Assembly: GCA_963757655.1 (NCBI GenBank)
Contig: CAVWSQ010000001.1
Location: forward strand, 1,520,961-1,584,960
Direction: 5' to 3'
DNA length: 64,000 nt
DNA from: an uncultured Acidobacteriota bacterium
Lineage (GTDB): Bacteria > Acidobacteriota > Vicinamibacteria > Vicinamibacterales > CAVVIG01
Shown one piece after another: positions 9,479-19,731 of the stretch. Within the stretch, counting starts at the first letter, position 1; every line of letters begins with the position of its first letter. Below the pieces are notes generated by a model that saw only the letters and a program-made list of their open reading frames with translations, made no database searches and had not been told where the DNA came from. The translations under genes were made by a program, and so were the position numbers.

Positions 9479-10395
9479 AGTTTGCGCGCCAGCAGTGCGA
9501 AGCCGCTGAAATAGGGTCCCCGCCAACTCCAGTGATCCTCCCGCCCGATGTTCGCGGTCTCGAACTGAATGCCTGCGACGAGTTCGCACTCCCGAGCAGC
9601 CACGTACTCGTAAAACAGCCGCGAAACGTCCTGCACCGGCCACGCCCCCGAGAGGGCGGGACCCTCTTCATGGTAGTAGGCGGGCTTCCATCGATCCATC
9701 GTGGCCCGCTGGAAATCGCAGCATTCCGACGTGACATAGATGAATCCGCGACGCTTCACAACCCTGATCATCTCGTCGAGCACACGGGCCAGCCGCCGCT
9801 GCTGCTCCTCGTACGGCACGAAGGTCCGGGCCGGCAGATCGGTGTCCAGATGTTCGACCACCGACAATGACGTGACCAGACCGAAGCTGGCATCCGCAAA
9901 GGGCAGGTCGCGCATCGAGCCCGCGACTGGAAACATCGGGTCGCCGCTCCCGGTAACCATCCGGTTGACGCGCTCTTTGAAGCCGCCCCAACTCCGCTCG
10001 GCAGGCGTCGACAAATCGAACGGCGTCACCACCGCGCCTTGGCGGCTCATCCATCTGGGCAGCGTGCTGCGTCCGGTGCCGACGTCGAGCACTCGCAGAC
10101 CCGACCAGCCGTCGATCTGGTGCAGAAGGGTGCCGTACTCGAACACGATCTGGCCCTCGAGCCGCGGCGAATTCATCACGTCGTAAAGATAGAGATCGAA
10201 GCGCTCCAGCACCGATCGCTCGTGCCCCAGCGCCTCAGGCAGCGCCGAGTTGAACATCACATTGGCTGGCAGCGCATGGGCTCCTCTCGGGCACGCGAGG
10301 GGACGCGCTCGCGCCGAGAGGACGCCGGCGGCCTGGCGGATGACGCGCCAGCCGTGGTCGAGGCGCTCTCTCGTCGTTGGCCTGGCGAGGGTCAC
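9475..10395 (-). CDS. Class I SAM-dependent methyltransferase
   Basis: ORF 9475..10452 trimmed to a GTG forming a GTGA overlap (10392-10395). Motif I VLDVGTGRSTLPRWM; FGLVTSLSVVEHL. Start is uncertain; an alternative is the downstream Met (MFNSALPE). Confidence 0.7.
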   Translation of the reverse strand: MTLARPTTRERLDHGWRVIRQAAGVLSARARPLACPRGAHALPANVMFNSALPEALGHERSVLERFDLYLYDVMNSPRLEGQIVFEYGTLLHQIDGWSGLRVLDVGTGRSTLPRWMSRQGAVVTPFDLSTPAERSWGGFKERVNRMVTGSGDPMFPVAGSMRDLPFADASFGLVTSLSVVEHLDTDLPARTFVPYEEQQRRLARVLDEMIRVVKRRGFIYVTSECCDFQRATMDRWKPAYYHEEGPALSGAWPVQDVSRLFYEYVAARECELVAGIQFETANIGREDHWSWRGPYFSGFALLARKL

Positions 10396-11588
10396 GCGTT
10401 GACCGCCATTTGTGCGAATACTCGAACACACGCCGTGACGACGTCCTCGCACTCAGCTTCACTGAACGCCGCCGAGATCGGGAGACGAACCAGCGACGCG
10501 GCGACCCGATCGGTGACCGGCAGTTCGACTGCGTCGATGTCGACGGCCTGCCTCGCGTACGGCGCGGAGTGCAACGGAACGTAGTGGAAGGCCGCCGCGA
10601 TGCCTTCGGCCTTCAACGCGCGGATGACCCAGTCGCGCCGTGCCGGTTCGACGAGCACCGCGAAGACGTGCCAGTTCGGGCGGCAGCCGGCAGGCACCGT
10701 CGGCAGCCGCACGACGCCGCGATACGGCGCGAGCGCGGCGAGCAGGCGCTCGGCTTGCGCGGTCTTGCGCCTGGCAATCTCCGGGAGCTTGAGGAACTGC
10801 TCGACCGCGACCGCCCCCAGCAGTTCCGACAGCACATAGCTGCTGCCAACGCCAACCCAGGTGTACTTGTCGAGCTCGCCGCGAAGGAAGGCCGTTCGGT
10901 CGGTGCCCTTCTCGCGCAGAATTTCGGCGGCGTGCAAGTAGGCGTCGTCGTCGCGAATCAGCAGCGCACCGCCCTCGCCGCAGACCAGATCCTTGGTCTC
11001 ATGAAACGACCAGGCGCCGAGCGCACCGATCGCGCCGAGCGCCCTGCCGTGAGAAGCGGCGTTGACACCGTGAGCGGCATCTTCGATGACGATCAGCCGG
11101 TTCGGCGCCGCAATCGCCTCGAGCGCCGCCATATCGCACGACATGCCGGCGTAGTGCATCGGGATGATCGCGCGTGTCCGTGCCGTCACGCGCCGCGCCA
11201 CGTCCTGCGGGTCGAGTCCAAGCGAGGTCGGGTCGATGTCGGCGAAGACAGGACGAGCGCCGGCCTTGACAACGGCGTTGGCGGTCGAGACGAAGGTGAA
11301 ACTGGGCAGAATCACTTCATCGCCCGGGCCGAGTCCGGCGACCGCCATGGCGATTTCCAGCGCCGCCGTGCACGAATTGAGCACCAGCACGCCGCGCGCG
11401 CCGGTCGCGTCCTTGATCAGGCGCTCCAGCTCGCGCCCTTTGGCGCCGTCGCCCGCCACGTGGGTGCCGGCCAGGACGTCGAGCATGGCCTGTTGTTCGC
11501 GCCCGTCGAACCACGGTTTGTGCAGCGGCACGCGCGCCGTCCGCACCGGGACGCCGCCGGCGACGGCCAGCAGATCCGACGAGATCAT
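10392..11588 (-). CDS. DegT/DnrJ/EryC1/StrS family PLP-dependent sugar aminotransferase (WbpE-like role plausible)
   Basis: HKPWFDGREQQAMLDVLAGTHVAGDGAKGRELERLI...NSCTAALEIAMAVAGLGPGDEVILPSFTFVSTANAV...WSFHETKDLVCGEGGALL. Start taken at Met4 (ATGA overlap 11585-11588). Confidence 0.9.
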   Translation of the reverse strand: MISSDLLAVAGGVPVRTARVPLHKPWFDGREQQAMLDVLAGTHVAGDGAKGRELERLIKDATGARGVLVLNSCTAALEIAMAVAGLGPGDEVILPSFTFVSTANAVVKAGARPVFADIDPTSLGLDPQDVARRVTARTRAIIPMHYAGMSCDMAALEAIAAPNRLIVIEDAAHGVNAASHGRALGAIGALGAWSFHETKDLVCGEGGALLIRDDDAYLHAAEILREKGTDRTAFLRGELDKYTWVGVGSSYVLSELLGAVAVEQFLKLPEIARRKTAQAERLLAALAPYRGVVRLPTVPAGCRPNWHVFAVLVEPARRDWVIRALKAEGIAAAFHYVPLHSAPYARQAVDIDAVELPVTDRVAASLVRLPISAAFSEAECEDVVTACVRVFAQMAVNA

Positions 11589-12508
11589 CGCGGCCACTCC
11601 CCCGCGTCGTGCGGCGTGCCGGCAGTCGTGACTCGCCTCGGCGGCCGGAGGTAGGACACCCAGTCGCCCAGGCTCAACCCAACATGACGGCCGGTGATGG
11701 CGGCGGCGCCGACACGGCCGGCCCTGATATGACGGCAGATGCCGCGCGCCTGGGTAAACACGAAGTTGCGCTTACTTCGTTCGAGGGCCTGGCCGGAGAG
11801 CGGGCACTCCGGGGAGTTCAGGACACGCCAGGCTTCGGCCGCGCTGCGGGCATAGGCGGCGATGCTTGCACCCTTGGCGAGTTCCTGCCCGGAGTGGACG
11901 CGATAGTAAAAGAGATCGCCCGGAACGAGCAGCACGTTGGCCGTCTGGCACGCACGAAGCCAGAACAGGTAGTCGCCGGCGTAGTCGATCGCGGGGAATC
12001 CGCCAAGCTCGCGGAACACGCCGGCGCGGAACAGCGCGGACGCCGGACCCTGTTGGAAGAGGCCGGCGCCGAGAAACTCGCGTTCGTAGGCCAGGCGAGG
12101 CGTCAACAGCATCGGACAGGGACCGCCGGGCCAGCTGCGCGAACCCGACAGGGCGAACGCGGCGCGGGGTTCCGCCTCGAGCGGTTCGACCATCGCCTGA
12201 AGGCAGTGCCGATACATCACATCGTCGGAGTCGTGGTACTTGAGATAGCGGCCACGGGCCAGAGCCGCGACATGGCGCCGGTTGGCGTAGTCGCCGAGGT
12301 TACCGGAATTAATCGAGACGCGGATCCGCGGGTCGCGGCGCGCATAGTCGTTGATGATGCCGACGGTGCCGTCAGAGGACTGGTCGTCGCAGATGACCAG
12401 CTCGAAGTCGCTGAGCGTCTGCGCGAGCACACTCTCGATCGATTCCGCAATGTAGCGCTCGCGGTTGTACGAGGTGAGCAGGACGCTGACGAGGGGTTGG
12501 CTGGGCAT
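11585..12508 (-). CDS. Glycosyltransferase family 2
   Basis: VSVLLTSYNRERYIAESIESVLAQTLSDFELVICDDQSSDGT...YLKYHDSDDVMY (DxD-type) is a classic GT2 N-terminal domain. Confidence 0.9.
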   Translation of the reverse strand: MPSQPLVSVLLTSYNRERYIAESIESVLAQTLSDFELVICDDQSSDGTVGIINDYARRDPRIRVSINSGNLGDYANRRHVAALARGRYLKYHDSDDVMYRHCLQAMVEPLEAEPRAAFALSGSRSWPGGPCPMLLTPRLAYEREFLGAGLFQQGPASALFRAGVFRELGGFPAIDYAGDYLFWLRACQTANVLLVPGDLFYYRVHSGQELAKGASIAAYARSAAEAWRVLNSPECPLSGQALERSKRNFVFTQARGICRHIRAGRVGAAAITGRHVGLSLGDWVSYLRPPRRVTTAGTPHDAGEWPR

Positions 12509-12524
12509 TGTCGATCGTGAGCTT

Positions 12525-13436
12525 TCAGCGCGGCCAGGCGTAGGCGATGCGATGCGCGAGCTCGGCTGCTGTCACGGCGGCGAGCACCATGAACCGGGAT
12601 TGCTCGAGCGCCGGCTCGGTCGTGCGTGCGAAGTCGTTCCGCGTGGTGAAGCCGGAGGTAAAACCAAGCCCGGCCGCAATCGCGACTGTTTTCTCGCTGT
12701 AGTCCGCTCGAGGAGCGCCAAACGGATAGGCCAGCGTCCCGACGTGCTGCCCGGTCCACGATTCGAGCGCCGAGCGGCACGACTCGAGCTCATGACGCTG
12801 GACCTCGGCTGACGCCTGCGCGAGCGGTGCGTGAGACGCCGTGTGGACACCGATCGCGAATCCCTCGTCCGCGAGCTGGCTCACTTGGGATGCGGTCATC
12901 GGCGCCAGCGCCGGCACGAGTTCCGCCGGCGTGTCGTGCTCGTCAGCGGCGGTGCGCCACACCTCGTCCGGCATGGCGCGAAGCGTTTCGACGGCGTGCG
13001 CTCCCAACGCACGCGCCACCGCGTCGAACCAGAACAGACGCTGACGGCGAACCGGTTCGGAGCAGACGAACACGACCGCGGGAATCCGGTAGTGGCGCAG
13101 GATCGGGCGTGCCAGCTCGAACACGTTGCGATAGCCATCATCGAAGGTGACGAGCACCGGCCGTTCTGGCAGCTCGCGCCCGCTGACCCGGGCCTCGCAG
13201 AATGTCTGGAGATCGATTGGGTGACAGGTCTCGGCGATGACCCGGCAGTGGGCGGCGAAGGTCGCCGCGACGACATGCAGGTTCGCGAACGGGATGCCGT
13301 CCTCCGCCGCGGACGCGCGAATCCCGTGATAGCAGAGCGCGAGCACGCCTGGAAACCTGTCACGCCCAAGGCGCTTCGCGTACCAGCCAGATGCCAGTAG
13401 TCCGGTCTTCACCGAGTCGATGAACGGCGGCGTCAT
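12525..13436 (-). CDS. Polysaccharide deacetylase (CE4 family)
   Basis: ORF 12525..13622 trimmed to Met63 (ATGA overlap 13433-13436). VLALCYHGI...VLVTFDDGYRNVFELARPILRHYRIPAVVFV...IGVHTASHAPL matches NodB-homology motifs. Confidence 0.85.
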   Translation of the reverse strand: MTPPFIDSVKTGLLASGWYAKRLGRDRFPGVLALCYHGIRASAAEDGIPFANLHVVAATFAAHCRVIAETCHPIDLQTFCEARVSGRELPERPVLVTFDDGYRNVFELARPILRHYRIPAVVFVCSEPVRRQRLFWFDAVARALGAHAVETLRAMPDEVWRTAADEHDTPAELVPALAPMTASQVSQLADEGFAIGVHTASHAPLAQASAEVQRHELESCRSALESWTGQHVGTLAYPFGAPRADYSEKTVAIAAGLGFTSGFTTRNDFARTTEPALEQSRFMVLAAVTAAELAHRIAYAWPR

Positions 13437-14137
13437 CGTTGCGGCAGGCGGCAGGCGATGGTCGTCAACACCGGAAACCTCGGGTCGTGCGCATCGAGCT
13501 CGGCCTCCGTCAGCTCTTCGAGCGCCAGGCCAAGCTGTGCCGCGATCGCCGAGAGGCAGTTGCCATGGCCGATGACCTCGAGCATCGTCTCGGGCCATGC
13601 CGCGCCAAGTTTCTGCCGCCATCCGTCCGGCGTCAGTCGCCAGTACTCGACCGCGTCTCCCGTAAGCGGCAGCAGACCTGCGGCGGACGCCAGGATCGTC
13701 CCGCCCGGCCTGACAACGCGGGCGGCACTGGCGAGGCAGAGATCGAGCTCACGAAAATGCGGCAGGGTGTTGGGCAGCAGCAGACAGTCGTACGCGCTGC
13801 TCGGGATGATTTCTGCGCAGCGCGCGAAATCGCACAGATGGGTCGGTTCGAACTGAGGGTCGATGTCGAACGAGTCGATGCGCGTGAGATCGTGCCCGTA
13901 GCGCACCGTGTAGCTGGTGCATTGAGTCTCGAGCACGTCGCCGGTGATGAGATCGCGATGTCTCGTGAGAAACGCGTGCAGGTAGTGGCGATCGACGGGT
14001 TGACCGCGCTCGAAACCGTAGCTCGACGAGAACGGCGTCGTCCTCCTGAGATTGCCCCAGCGAGGCAGTTCGTAACCGCGCAACAGGCAGCGCGCCTTGA
14101 CGGTCATCGCCGGCCCGGCCAGTTGCTTTGGCGACAA
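13433..14137 (-). CDS. Methyltransferase-like protein with divergent motif I
   Basis: 234-aa ORF: DRHYLHAFLTRHRDLITGDVLETQCTSYT...YDCLLLPNTLPHFRELDLCLASAARVVRPGGTILASAAG. It has a class-I-MTase-like layout, but the GxGxG motif is replaced. Start is uncertain (TTG 14137 or ATG 14107). Confidence 0.5.
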   Translation of the reverse strand: MSPKQLAGPAMTVKARCLLRGYELPRWGNLRRTTPFSSSYGFERGQPVDRHYLHAFLTRHRDLITGDVLETQCTSYTVRYGHDLTRIDSFDIDPQFEPTHLCDFARCAEIIPSSAYDCLLLPNTLPHFRELDLCLASAARVVRPGGTILASAAGLLPLTGDAVEYWRLTPDGWRQKLGAAWPETMLEVIGHGNCLSAIAAQLGLALEELTEAELDAHDPRFPVLTTIACRLPQR

Positions 14138-14164
14138 CCGAGGCGCGCCGGCTCGCCTTTTCCA

Positions 14165-15355
14165 TCATGGCGACGACCGGATCGCCGATCGCACCAGGCG
14201 AACCACCGGATTGGGAATCCACCACTGATCGAGACGACTCCCGTACTGTAGGTGCGATCCGTCGGCGAGCGGGCGATAGAGTTCCTGCCAGCGGGCGTAG
14301 ATCGCCTGATAGTCGGCCACGCGGTTGCGGATGTCGAACCGGTCCGCGACGGTGAGGCGGGCCGCCGCGCTCATCGCCTCGAGACCGGACCGATTGCGAT
14401 CGAGGCCGGCGATCACTGCGGCAAAGGCGCGCACGTCGCCGATCGGCAGGCGCTCGCCGTTGACGCCCGGGTCCACGATCTCAGGCACACCGCTGGGAAT
14501 GTCGCTGACGACGGCGGGGAGCCCCGCGGACATCGCCTCGACCAGCGCGACGGGAAAGCCCTCGAAGCGTGTTGGCAGCACGAAGACATCCTGCTGCGCG
14601 TACAGTTCCTGCAGCGCGGCGTTGGTCAACCCGCCGGTCCAGCGCACGCCGCCGTTAAACGACCACCGGCGCTTCAGCTCGGCTTCGTCGGGACCGGTTC
14701 CCGCCAGCGTCCACGCCACCTCTACGCCCATCGCCTGCAGGGCGCGATCGATTTCCGCCAGATCGAAGACGCCTTTCTGCTCCTGCTCGAATCGTCCGGC
14801 GTAGATCACTCGGAGCGGGCCATCAGCCCGCTGCCGAACCCGCGTCGGCAACGGAATGCCGTAAGGCAGGTGGAAGATCGAGTCGGCCCGGTGCGGCAGC
14901 CGCGCGATGAGCTCATCGTACATCCGCCGCGAGTAGGCGACGAACGCGTGCACGATCGGGTCGTGCCGGACCGCGAGGTCGTAGTAGTACTCGGTGTCAC
15001 CGTGCAGCATGTAGATCACGGCACGCCCGAAGTCGTGTAACGACGCGACCGCGAGGTCGAGCAGATCGCCGGCGACGTACACGCCGCCGCCGGAGGGGAC
15101 GGCACGAGCCACGCGGCGCATCACCGCGTGCAGATTCTCGATCGGGAGCGTGTATTCGACCGTGGTCTGCGAGTCGGCGGCGAGGGCCTGACGATATCGC
15201 GTGTCCACGTGCCGATGATTGTGGGTGAGGATCGCGTGATAGCTGAACCCATCGGGCTGCCGGTAGGACAGCAGATTGGCGATGATGTTGGTCATCCCGC
15301 CCATCTTGTCGGGCAGGACGTAGACAACACTCGGCCGAGCGCTCAGGGCTGCCAT
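14165..15355 (-). CDS. Glycosyltransferase family 4-like
   Basis: ORF 14165..15994 trimmed to ATG 15355 (MAALSARPSVVYVLPDKMGGMTNIIANLL). An alternative ATG at 15376 has AAGG upstream. C-terminal part reads FVLPTRFEGFPVALVEAMSAGLPAVVSDIPSGVPEIV. The long Arg-rich 5' extension overlaps the upstream gene. Confidence 0.85.
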   Translation of the reverse strand: MAALSARPSVVYVLPDKMGGMTNIIANLLSYRQPDGFSYHAILTHNHRHVDTRYRQALAADSQTTVEYTLPIENLHAVMRRVARAVPSGGGVYVAGDLLDLAVASLHDFGRAVIYMLHGDTEYYYDLAVRHDPIVHAFVAYSRRMYDELIARLPHRADSIFHLPYGIPLPTRVRQRADGPLRVIYAGRFEQEQKGVFDLAEIDRALQAMGVEVAWTLAGTGPDEAELKRRWSFNGGVRWTGGLTNAALQELYAQQDVFVLPTRFEGFPVALVEAMSAGLPAVVSDIPSGVPEIVDPGVNGERLPIGDVRAFAAVIAGLDRNRSGLEAMSAAARLTVADRFDIRNRVADYQAIYARWQELYRPLADGSHLQYGSRLDQWWIPNPVVRLVRSAIRSSP

Positions 15356-16179
15356 GCGCGCACCGTCATCGCCCATTGCAGCGCCTTGCCCGGAAACGGC
15401 GTGTCGTCGCCCGCAGCCGGCTGGCGCGACGGCAGCGGGACGAATTCGTCGATCGCGTAGGAGAAGCCGGCGCGGGCGAGGAGGTCGAGCACGCGCGGCG
15501 CCTGTCGGACCGATGGATCGAACTCGTGCAGGTCCATGACGATCGCCTTGACCTGGTGCAGCAGGGTCTCGCAATCGACCAGGACCGCTTCCTCGGCGCC
15601 TTCGATGTCGAGTTTGAGCAGATCGATCGGTTCTCCGGCCAGAACATCGCGCAGCCGTAGGCTTGGCACCGTCGTTGCCCGGCCATCGACGGCGCCAGGC
15701 AGGCTGCCGACCATCCCCGAATCGCTGCCTTCGCAGTGAAACGTCAGCGTGCCGGTCGAGGTCCAGAGCGCCGCATGCCGGCATGCGACGTCGGCCGCGC
15801 CATTGGCGCGCAGGTTCGTCTCGAGCATCGCGAACAGCGCCGGATCGGCCTCGAATGCAGTGATCCGGGCCTGGGGATAGGCCCGACGGAAGAACAAGCT
15901 CGCCAGGCCCAGGTTGGCGCCGCAATCGAGAATGCGCGGCGACGGCGACGAGGTCGTAAACGCGAGCGTGCGCTTCACGAAGATGTCGTCCCACTGCGGA
16001 CAGAGCGTCAGCAGGTCGGCGTAGCCCAGGTCGAGATCCATGAGGCGGATGCGGCCCGGTGTGAATCGCGGAGTCACGTCGGCCTGCGCACAGGCCAGCC
16101 GCCAGGCCGCCTTCTCGGGGGGCTCGAAAATGCGGCGGCGGAAGGCGCCCAGTGTCCGGATTGCGCGCGGCCTCTTCAT
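15343..16179 (-). CDS. FkbM family methyltransferase
   Basis: ORF 15343..16746 trimmed to Met190 (MKRPRAIRTL; ATGA overlap 16176-16179). ILDCGANLGLASLFFRRAYPQARITAFEADPALFAMLETNL...IDLLKLDIEGAEEAVL is the FkbM signature. Confidence 0.85.
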   Translation of the reverse strand: MKRPRAIRTLGAFRRRIFEPPEKAAWRLACAQADVTPRFTPGRIRLMDLDLGYADLLTLCPQWDDIFVKRTLAFTTSSPSPRILDCGANLGLASLFFRRAYPQARITAFEADPALFAMLETNLRANGAADVACRHAALWTSTGTLTFHCEGSDSGMVGSLPGAVDGRATTVPSLRLRDVLAGEPIDLLKLDIEGAEEAVLVDCETLLHQVKAIVMDLHEFDPSVRQAPRVLDLLARAGFSYAIDEFVPLPSRQPAAGDDTPFPGKALQWAMTVRAWQP

Positions 16180-16910
16180 AGCGCCCTCAGCACCGCGCCG
16201 TTGCTCAAATAGCAATGGGAATTGATGCTGATCCCCCGCGAGAGCCGGTTGGATCCGAGCAATCGAACCGTCGCGGCCGCTGCCAGACGCAGCAGCCCAA
16301 CTTTCGCCTTTGCCGAGAGCGACGGCGAGCTGGGAAGGATCGAAGCGTCCTCGATGAGAGTGGCGAGCACATCGGAAAAGCCACCGAGCGGCGCGGACTG
16401 CTCGACGGCAAAACCATGATCCGCTGCGAGGCGCTGAACCCCGTGCGAGGTGAGGCGGCGGAAATCGAACGGCTCCATGTGAAGCGGGAAGATGAAAGGC
16501 ACCGTCAGCACCACAGCGCCGCCGGGCGACACCAGCCGCCGGAGCCCGGCAAAGGCGGCGTCGATGTCGCCCACATGCTCCAGCACTTCGGTGCACAGCA
16601 GCACCGGATACGCCGGCATCGGTGTCGGCGCATCTTCGAGCCTGCTGATGATGTCCACCGTGCGCGCGCGGTTCTGCACGACGTCCATGCCGACATATTG
16701 CAGGCCGCTCGATTCGATGAGCGGGCGGAACGGCTGTTCGGCGCATCCGACGTCGAGTACGGCCCTGGACCCGAAGGGCACCGCGAGGAGCGGCGGCAGT
16801 GCCGCACGGACCCAGTCGTTCACCACGCGCACCGTCCAGCGATCACGGCCGGCCACGTCGGCGTAGTCGCGGCGATGCGAGAAGGACGACAGCGCCACCG
16901 CGTCGATCAC
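16176..16910 (-). CDS. Class I SAM-dependent methyltransferase
   Basis: ORF 16176..17021 trimmed to a GTG forming a GTGA overlap with the asnB stop (16907-16910). Motif I VLDVGCAEQPF; LLCTEVLEHVGD; LVSPGGAVVLTVPF. Confidence 0.75.
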   Translation of the reverse strand: MIDAVALSSFSHRRDYADVAGRDRWTVRVVNDWVRAALPPLLAVPFGSRAVLDVGCAEQPFRPLIESSGLQYVGMDVVQNRARTVDIISRLEDAPTPMPAYPVLLCTEVLEHVGDIDAAFAGLRRLVSPGGAVVLTVPFIFPLHMEPFDFRRLTSHGVQRLAADHGFAVEQSAPLGGFSDVLATLIEDASILPSSPSLSAKAKVGLLRLAAAATVRLLGSNRLSRGISINSHCYLSNGAVLRAL

Positions 16911-18769
16911 AGGTTCCTCAGGAATTCTCCGAGCATGCCCAGCGCCCATGGACGGCTCCAGTGTGCGGCGCCGCGCTGCCATGCGCCCCAGGTCGCGTCG
17001 GGTGCGCCAGGTGCAATCCATCCCGAGTCAACGAGGTGCGCCATGCCCGAGCGGACAAACGGCTGGAGATCGCCGGCCATCCATTGCGCAAATGGCAGCG
17101 TGAACCCCTGCTTCGGTCGATTCACTGCCGCAGACGGCAGCGGCCGCTCGAGCGTTTCGTGCAGCAGGCGCTTGTTGCGCATCAACGACGGGTGCGCGCC
17201 GAGATCGGGCCACACCGCGTCGAGCAGCTCGTGATCGACGAACGGCACGCGGACCTCGAGGCCGTGCGCCATCGACATCACGTCCAGATCCCGGAGCAGC
17301 TGCGAGCCGAGGTAGATGCGTGTCTCGAGCCGTGCCACCTGCCCCGCGAGGGTCGTCGCGTCGCCGTCGAACAAGGCATTCTCGACCTCCGCGACGCGCG
17401 CCGTCGTGGTAGACCAGCGATCGAGGAGGGCCGGACCGGCAAGCCGTTCGACTTCGGCTGGCATGAACAGGCCGCGCTGAGTGCGGTAGGCGGAATTCAT
17501 GAGGCCGTTTCCCGTCATGAAATGCTGCCAGCGCTCAGTGAGACGTTCCGGCAGCACGGCAGCCACGATCGGCGTCATCGCCGGTGCCAGCGGCCGGACG
17601 CGCTTCTTCCAGCGCATCGCCGCTGGCAGGCGACGGAATGACGGATAGCCGCCGAACATTTCGTCGCCGCCGGCGCCCGACAGCACAGCCTTGATACCGG
17701 TTTCGGCCACCGCCGCCGACACGTAGTAGGAGTTCACGGCGTCGAGCGTCGGCTGATCGAGCCTCGCCACAATGCGCGGCAGGTCGCCCACGACCCGCGA
17801 CGGATCGAGCACGAGCTCATGGTGAGTCGTGCCGAACGTCGAGGCCACCAGCCTGGCGTACTCGTGCTCGGATGAGCCGCCATCGAAGCGGACGGTGTAG
17901 GTGTTGAGCCTCGGCGCACCGGCGTCGCAGGCGGCCGACAGAATCGCCGACGAGTCGATGCCTCCCGAGAGAAAAACCCCGACGGGTACATCAGCGACCA
18001 GGTGCGCCGTCACGCTCTGTTGGACGGCGGCGCCGGCTCGCTCGCGCAAGTCCGACTCGGTGCGGGCGGAGTGGGGACGCGCATAAACGCTGGCGACATC
18101 CGCATACGCCTGGCGGGTACGCGGACCCGCCTGCGACCAGCGGGTCCACGAGCCTGGCGACACGCTTTCCACGCCGGCAACATAGGTCAGCGGAGGCGGC
18201 ACCGTGCCCCACGAGAGAAAACCGAGCACGCCGGCGGGATCGATCGCGCGCTCGACGAGACCGGAAGATACCAGGGCATGAATCTCTGAAGCGAAGGCGA
18301 CCGACCGATCGGTGGCCGCCACATAGAGCGGCTTGATGCCGAAGCGGTCGCGCGCGAGTATCAGCGCTCGCGCCTCTGCGTCCCACCAGGCGAGCGCGAA
18401 CATGCCGCGAAGCCGCGCGAGCGCCGCGGGACCATCGCACGCCAGCAGTCGCAGCAAAACTTCCGTGTCGCTGCCGGTGGCGAACCGCTCGCCGCGCGCT
18501 TCGAGCGATCGCCGCAGTTCGCGGTAGTTGTAGATTTCGCCGTTGAACACGAGGCGATGGCGGCCATCGACGCTTGCCATCGGCTGCGCGCCGGACGGGC
18601 CGGGATCGATGATTGCCAGCCGGGTGTGGACGAAAACGACGTCCTGCACCGGCGAGCGCCACACCCCGCAGCCGTCGGGCCCCCGGTGCGCCAGCGCGGC
18701 GGCGAGCGCCGCGGCGGAATCCGGCGCGATCGCGCCGTCCAGGCGCACCACGCCGGCAATGCCGCACAT
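16907..18769 (-). CDS. asnB: Asparagine synthase (glutamine-hydrolysing) family amidotransferase
   Basis: 620 aa. N-terminal MCGIAG (Cys2 Ntn glutaminase), ...FNGEIYNY..., and PP-loop VGVFLSGGIDSSAI. Paralogues of this type are common in polysaccharide loci. Confidence 0.9.
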   Translation of the reverse strand: MCGIAGVVRLDGAIAPDSAAALAAALAHRGPDGCGVWRSPVQDVVFVHTRLAIIDPGPSGAQPMASVDGRHRLVFNGEIYNYRELRRSLEARGERFATGSDTEVLLRLLACDGPAALARLRGMFALAWWDAEARALILARDRFGIKPLYVAATDRSVAFASEIHALVSSGLVERAIDPAGVLGFLSWGTVPPPLTYVAGVESVSPGSWTRWSQAGPRTRQAYADVASVYARPHSARTESDLRERAGAAVQQSVTAHLVADVPVGVFLSGGIDSSAILSAACDAGAPRLNTYTVRFDGGSSEHEYARLVASTFGTTHHELVLDPSRVVGDLPRIVARLDQPTLDAVNSYYVSAAVAETGIKAVLSGAGGDEMFGGYPSFRRLPAAMRWKKRVRPLAPAMTPIVAAVLPERLTERWQHFMTGNGLMNSAYRTQRGLFMPAEVERLAGPALLDRWSTTTARVAEVENALFDGDATTLAGQVARLETRIYLGSQLLRDLDVMSMAHGLEVRVPFVDHELLDAVWPDLGAHPSLMRNKRLLHETLERPLPSAAVNRPKQGFTLPFAQWMAGDLQPFVRSGMAHLVDSGWIAPGAPDATWGAWQRGAAHWSRPWALGMLGEFLRNL

Positions 18770-19716
18770 CAGAAGAACCGGGATTTCACTTTGATTTCGT
18801 CGTTGGGCTGCACTTTGTCTTCGAGCTTCACCGAAACCTCGGACGGCTTGCCGTCCACCGAGCGGATGACGGTCAGCCGCCGATCCGATCCACGGTCGGT
18901 CAGTCCCCCGGCGAGGATGATCGCCTGACCCACCGTGGTACCGGTGTCGAGCACGAACGACCCGGGGTTCTTGATGAAGCCCGAGATGTAGAACCGTTTC
19001 GCAACCGGCACGTTGACGATGTCGCCGTCGAGCAAGACGAGATCGCGGCCAACCCGCCCGAGCTCGAGATCCTTGCGATTCACCTCGATCGGCTCGGGCG
19101 CCTTTTCGCCCGGCTTCGGTGGATGCATGACCAGCACGTCGTTGCTGGCGTTCTGCGTCGGCGAGCCGGCCAGCGCCAGCGCCTCGAGCAGCGACATGGT
19201 GGTGCCGAGCAGCGGCACCTTGCCCGGGGTGCGAACCTCGCCCGTCACCAGAATGCTGCGCGCCTTGAACTGATCGACCTCGACGCGCACCTGCGGATTG
19301 CGAAGGAAGCCGGCCTTCAGCAGCGCGGTGATCTTGTCCTGTGCTTCAGCCAGCGAAAGTCCGGCCAGCGGGACGCGGCTCAGATACGGCATCGAGATCG
19401 TGCCGTCGGTGTCGACGCGATACTTGCCCGTCAATTCCGTTTCATCCGAGACGATGATCGACAGGTTGTCCTGCGGGCCGATGACATACCCTTCGGTCGG
19501 CGTACCGGGCGTCGCGGGTTCACCTTTCGGCTGGCCGCCTCCGTCCGTCTTCGGAATCTCGAAGTCGGGTTTGTACGGCGGGGCTGGAGTCGGCGGCTGT
19601 GCCGGGGCTGTGGCCGGCGGTTGCGCTGGAGGCGGTGTCTGTGGTGTCTGGGCGGCAAGCGAACCGCCGGCAATCAAGACGAGGGCAAAGGCTGCGATAC
19701 ACGGGTTCTTGCGCAT
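18769..19716 (-). CDS. Polysaccharide export protein (Wza-like; Poly_export plus SLBB domains)
   Basis: Signal peptide MRKNPCIAAFALVLIAGGSLAAQ, a Pro-rich linker, then YVIGPQDNLSIIVSDETELTGKYRVDTDGTISMPYLSRVPLAGLSLAEAQDKI...VTGEVRTPGKVPL...LLEALALAGSPT. Confidence 0.85.
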   Translation of the reverse strand: MRKNPCIAAFALVLIAGGSLAAQTPQTPPPAQPPATAPAQPPTPAPPYKPDFEIPKTDGGGQPKGEPATPGTPTEGYVIGPQDNLSIIVSDETELTGKYRVDTDGTISMPYLSRVPLAGLSLAEAQDKITALLKAGFLRNPQVRVEVDQFKARSILVTGEVRTPGKVPLLGTTMSLLEALALAGSPTQNASNDVLVMHPPKPGEKAPEPIEVNRKDLELGRVGRDLVLLDGDIVNVPVAKRFYISGFIKNPGSFVLDTGTTVGQAIILAGGLTDRGSDRRLTVIRSVDGKPSEVSVKLEDKVQPNDEIKVKSRFF

Positions 19717-19731
19717 GATGACGTTCCGTTG

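Noticed and set aside
14165-16746. Very long N-terminal extensions of raw ORFs in the glycan operon (for example 609-aa and 467-aa versions)
   Set aside because: The extensions are Arg/Pro/Gly-rich, overlap the preceding gene in another frame and precede canonical family N-termini. Internal starts giving 4-nt ATGA/GTGA overlaps are far more plausible.
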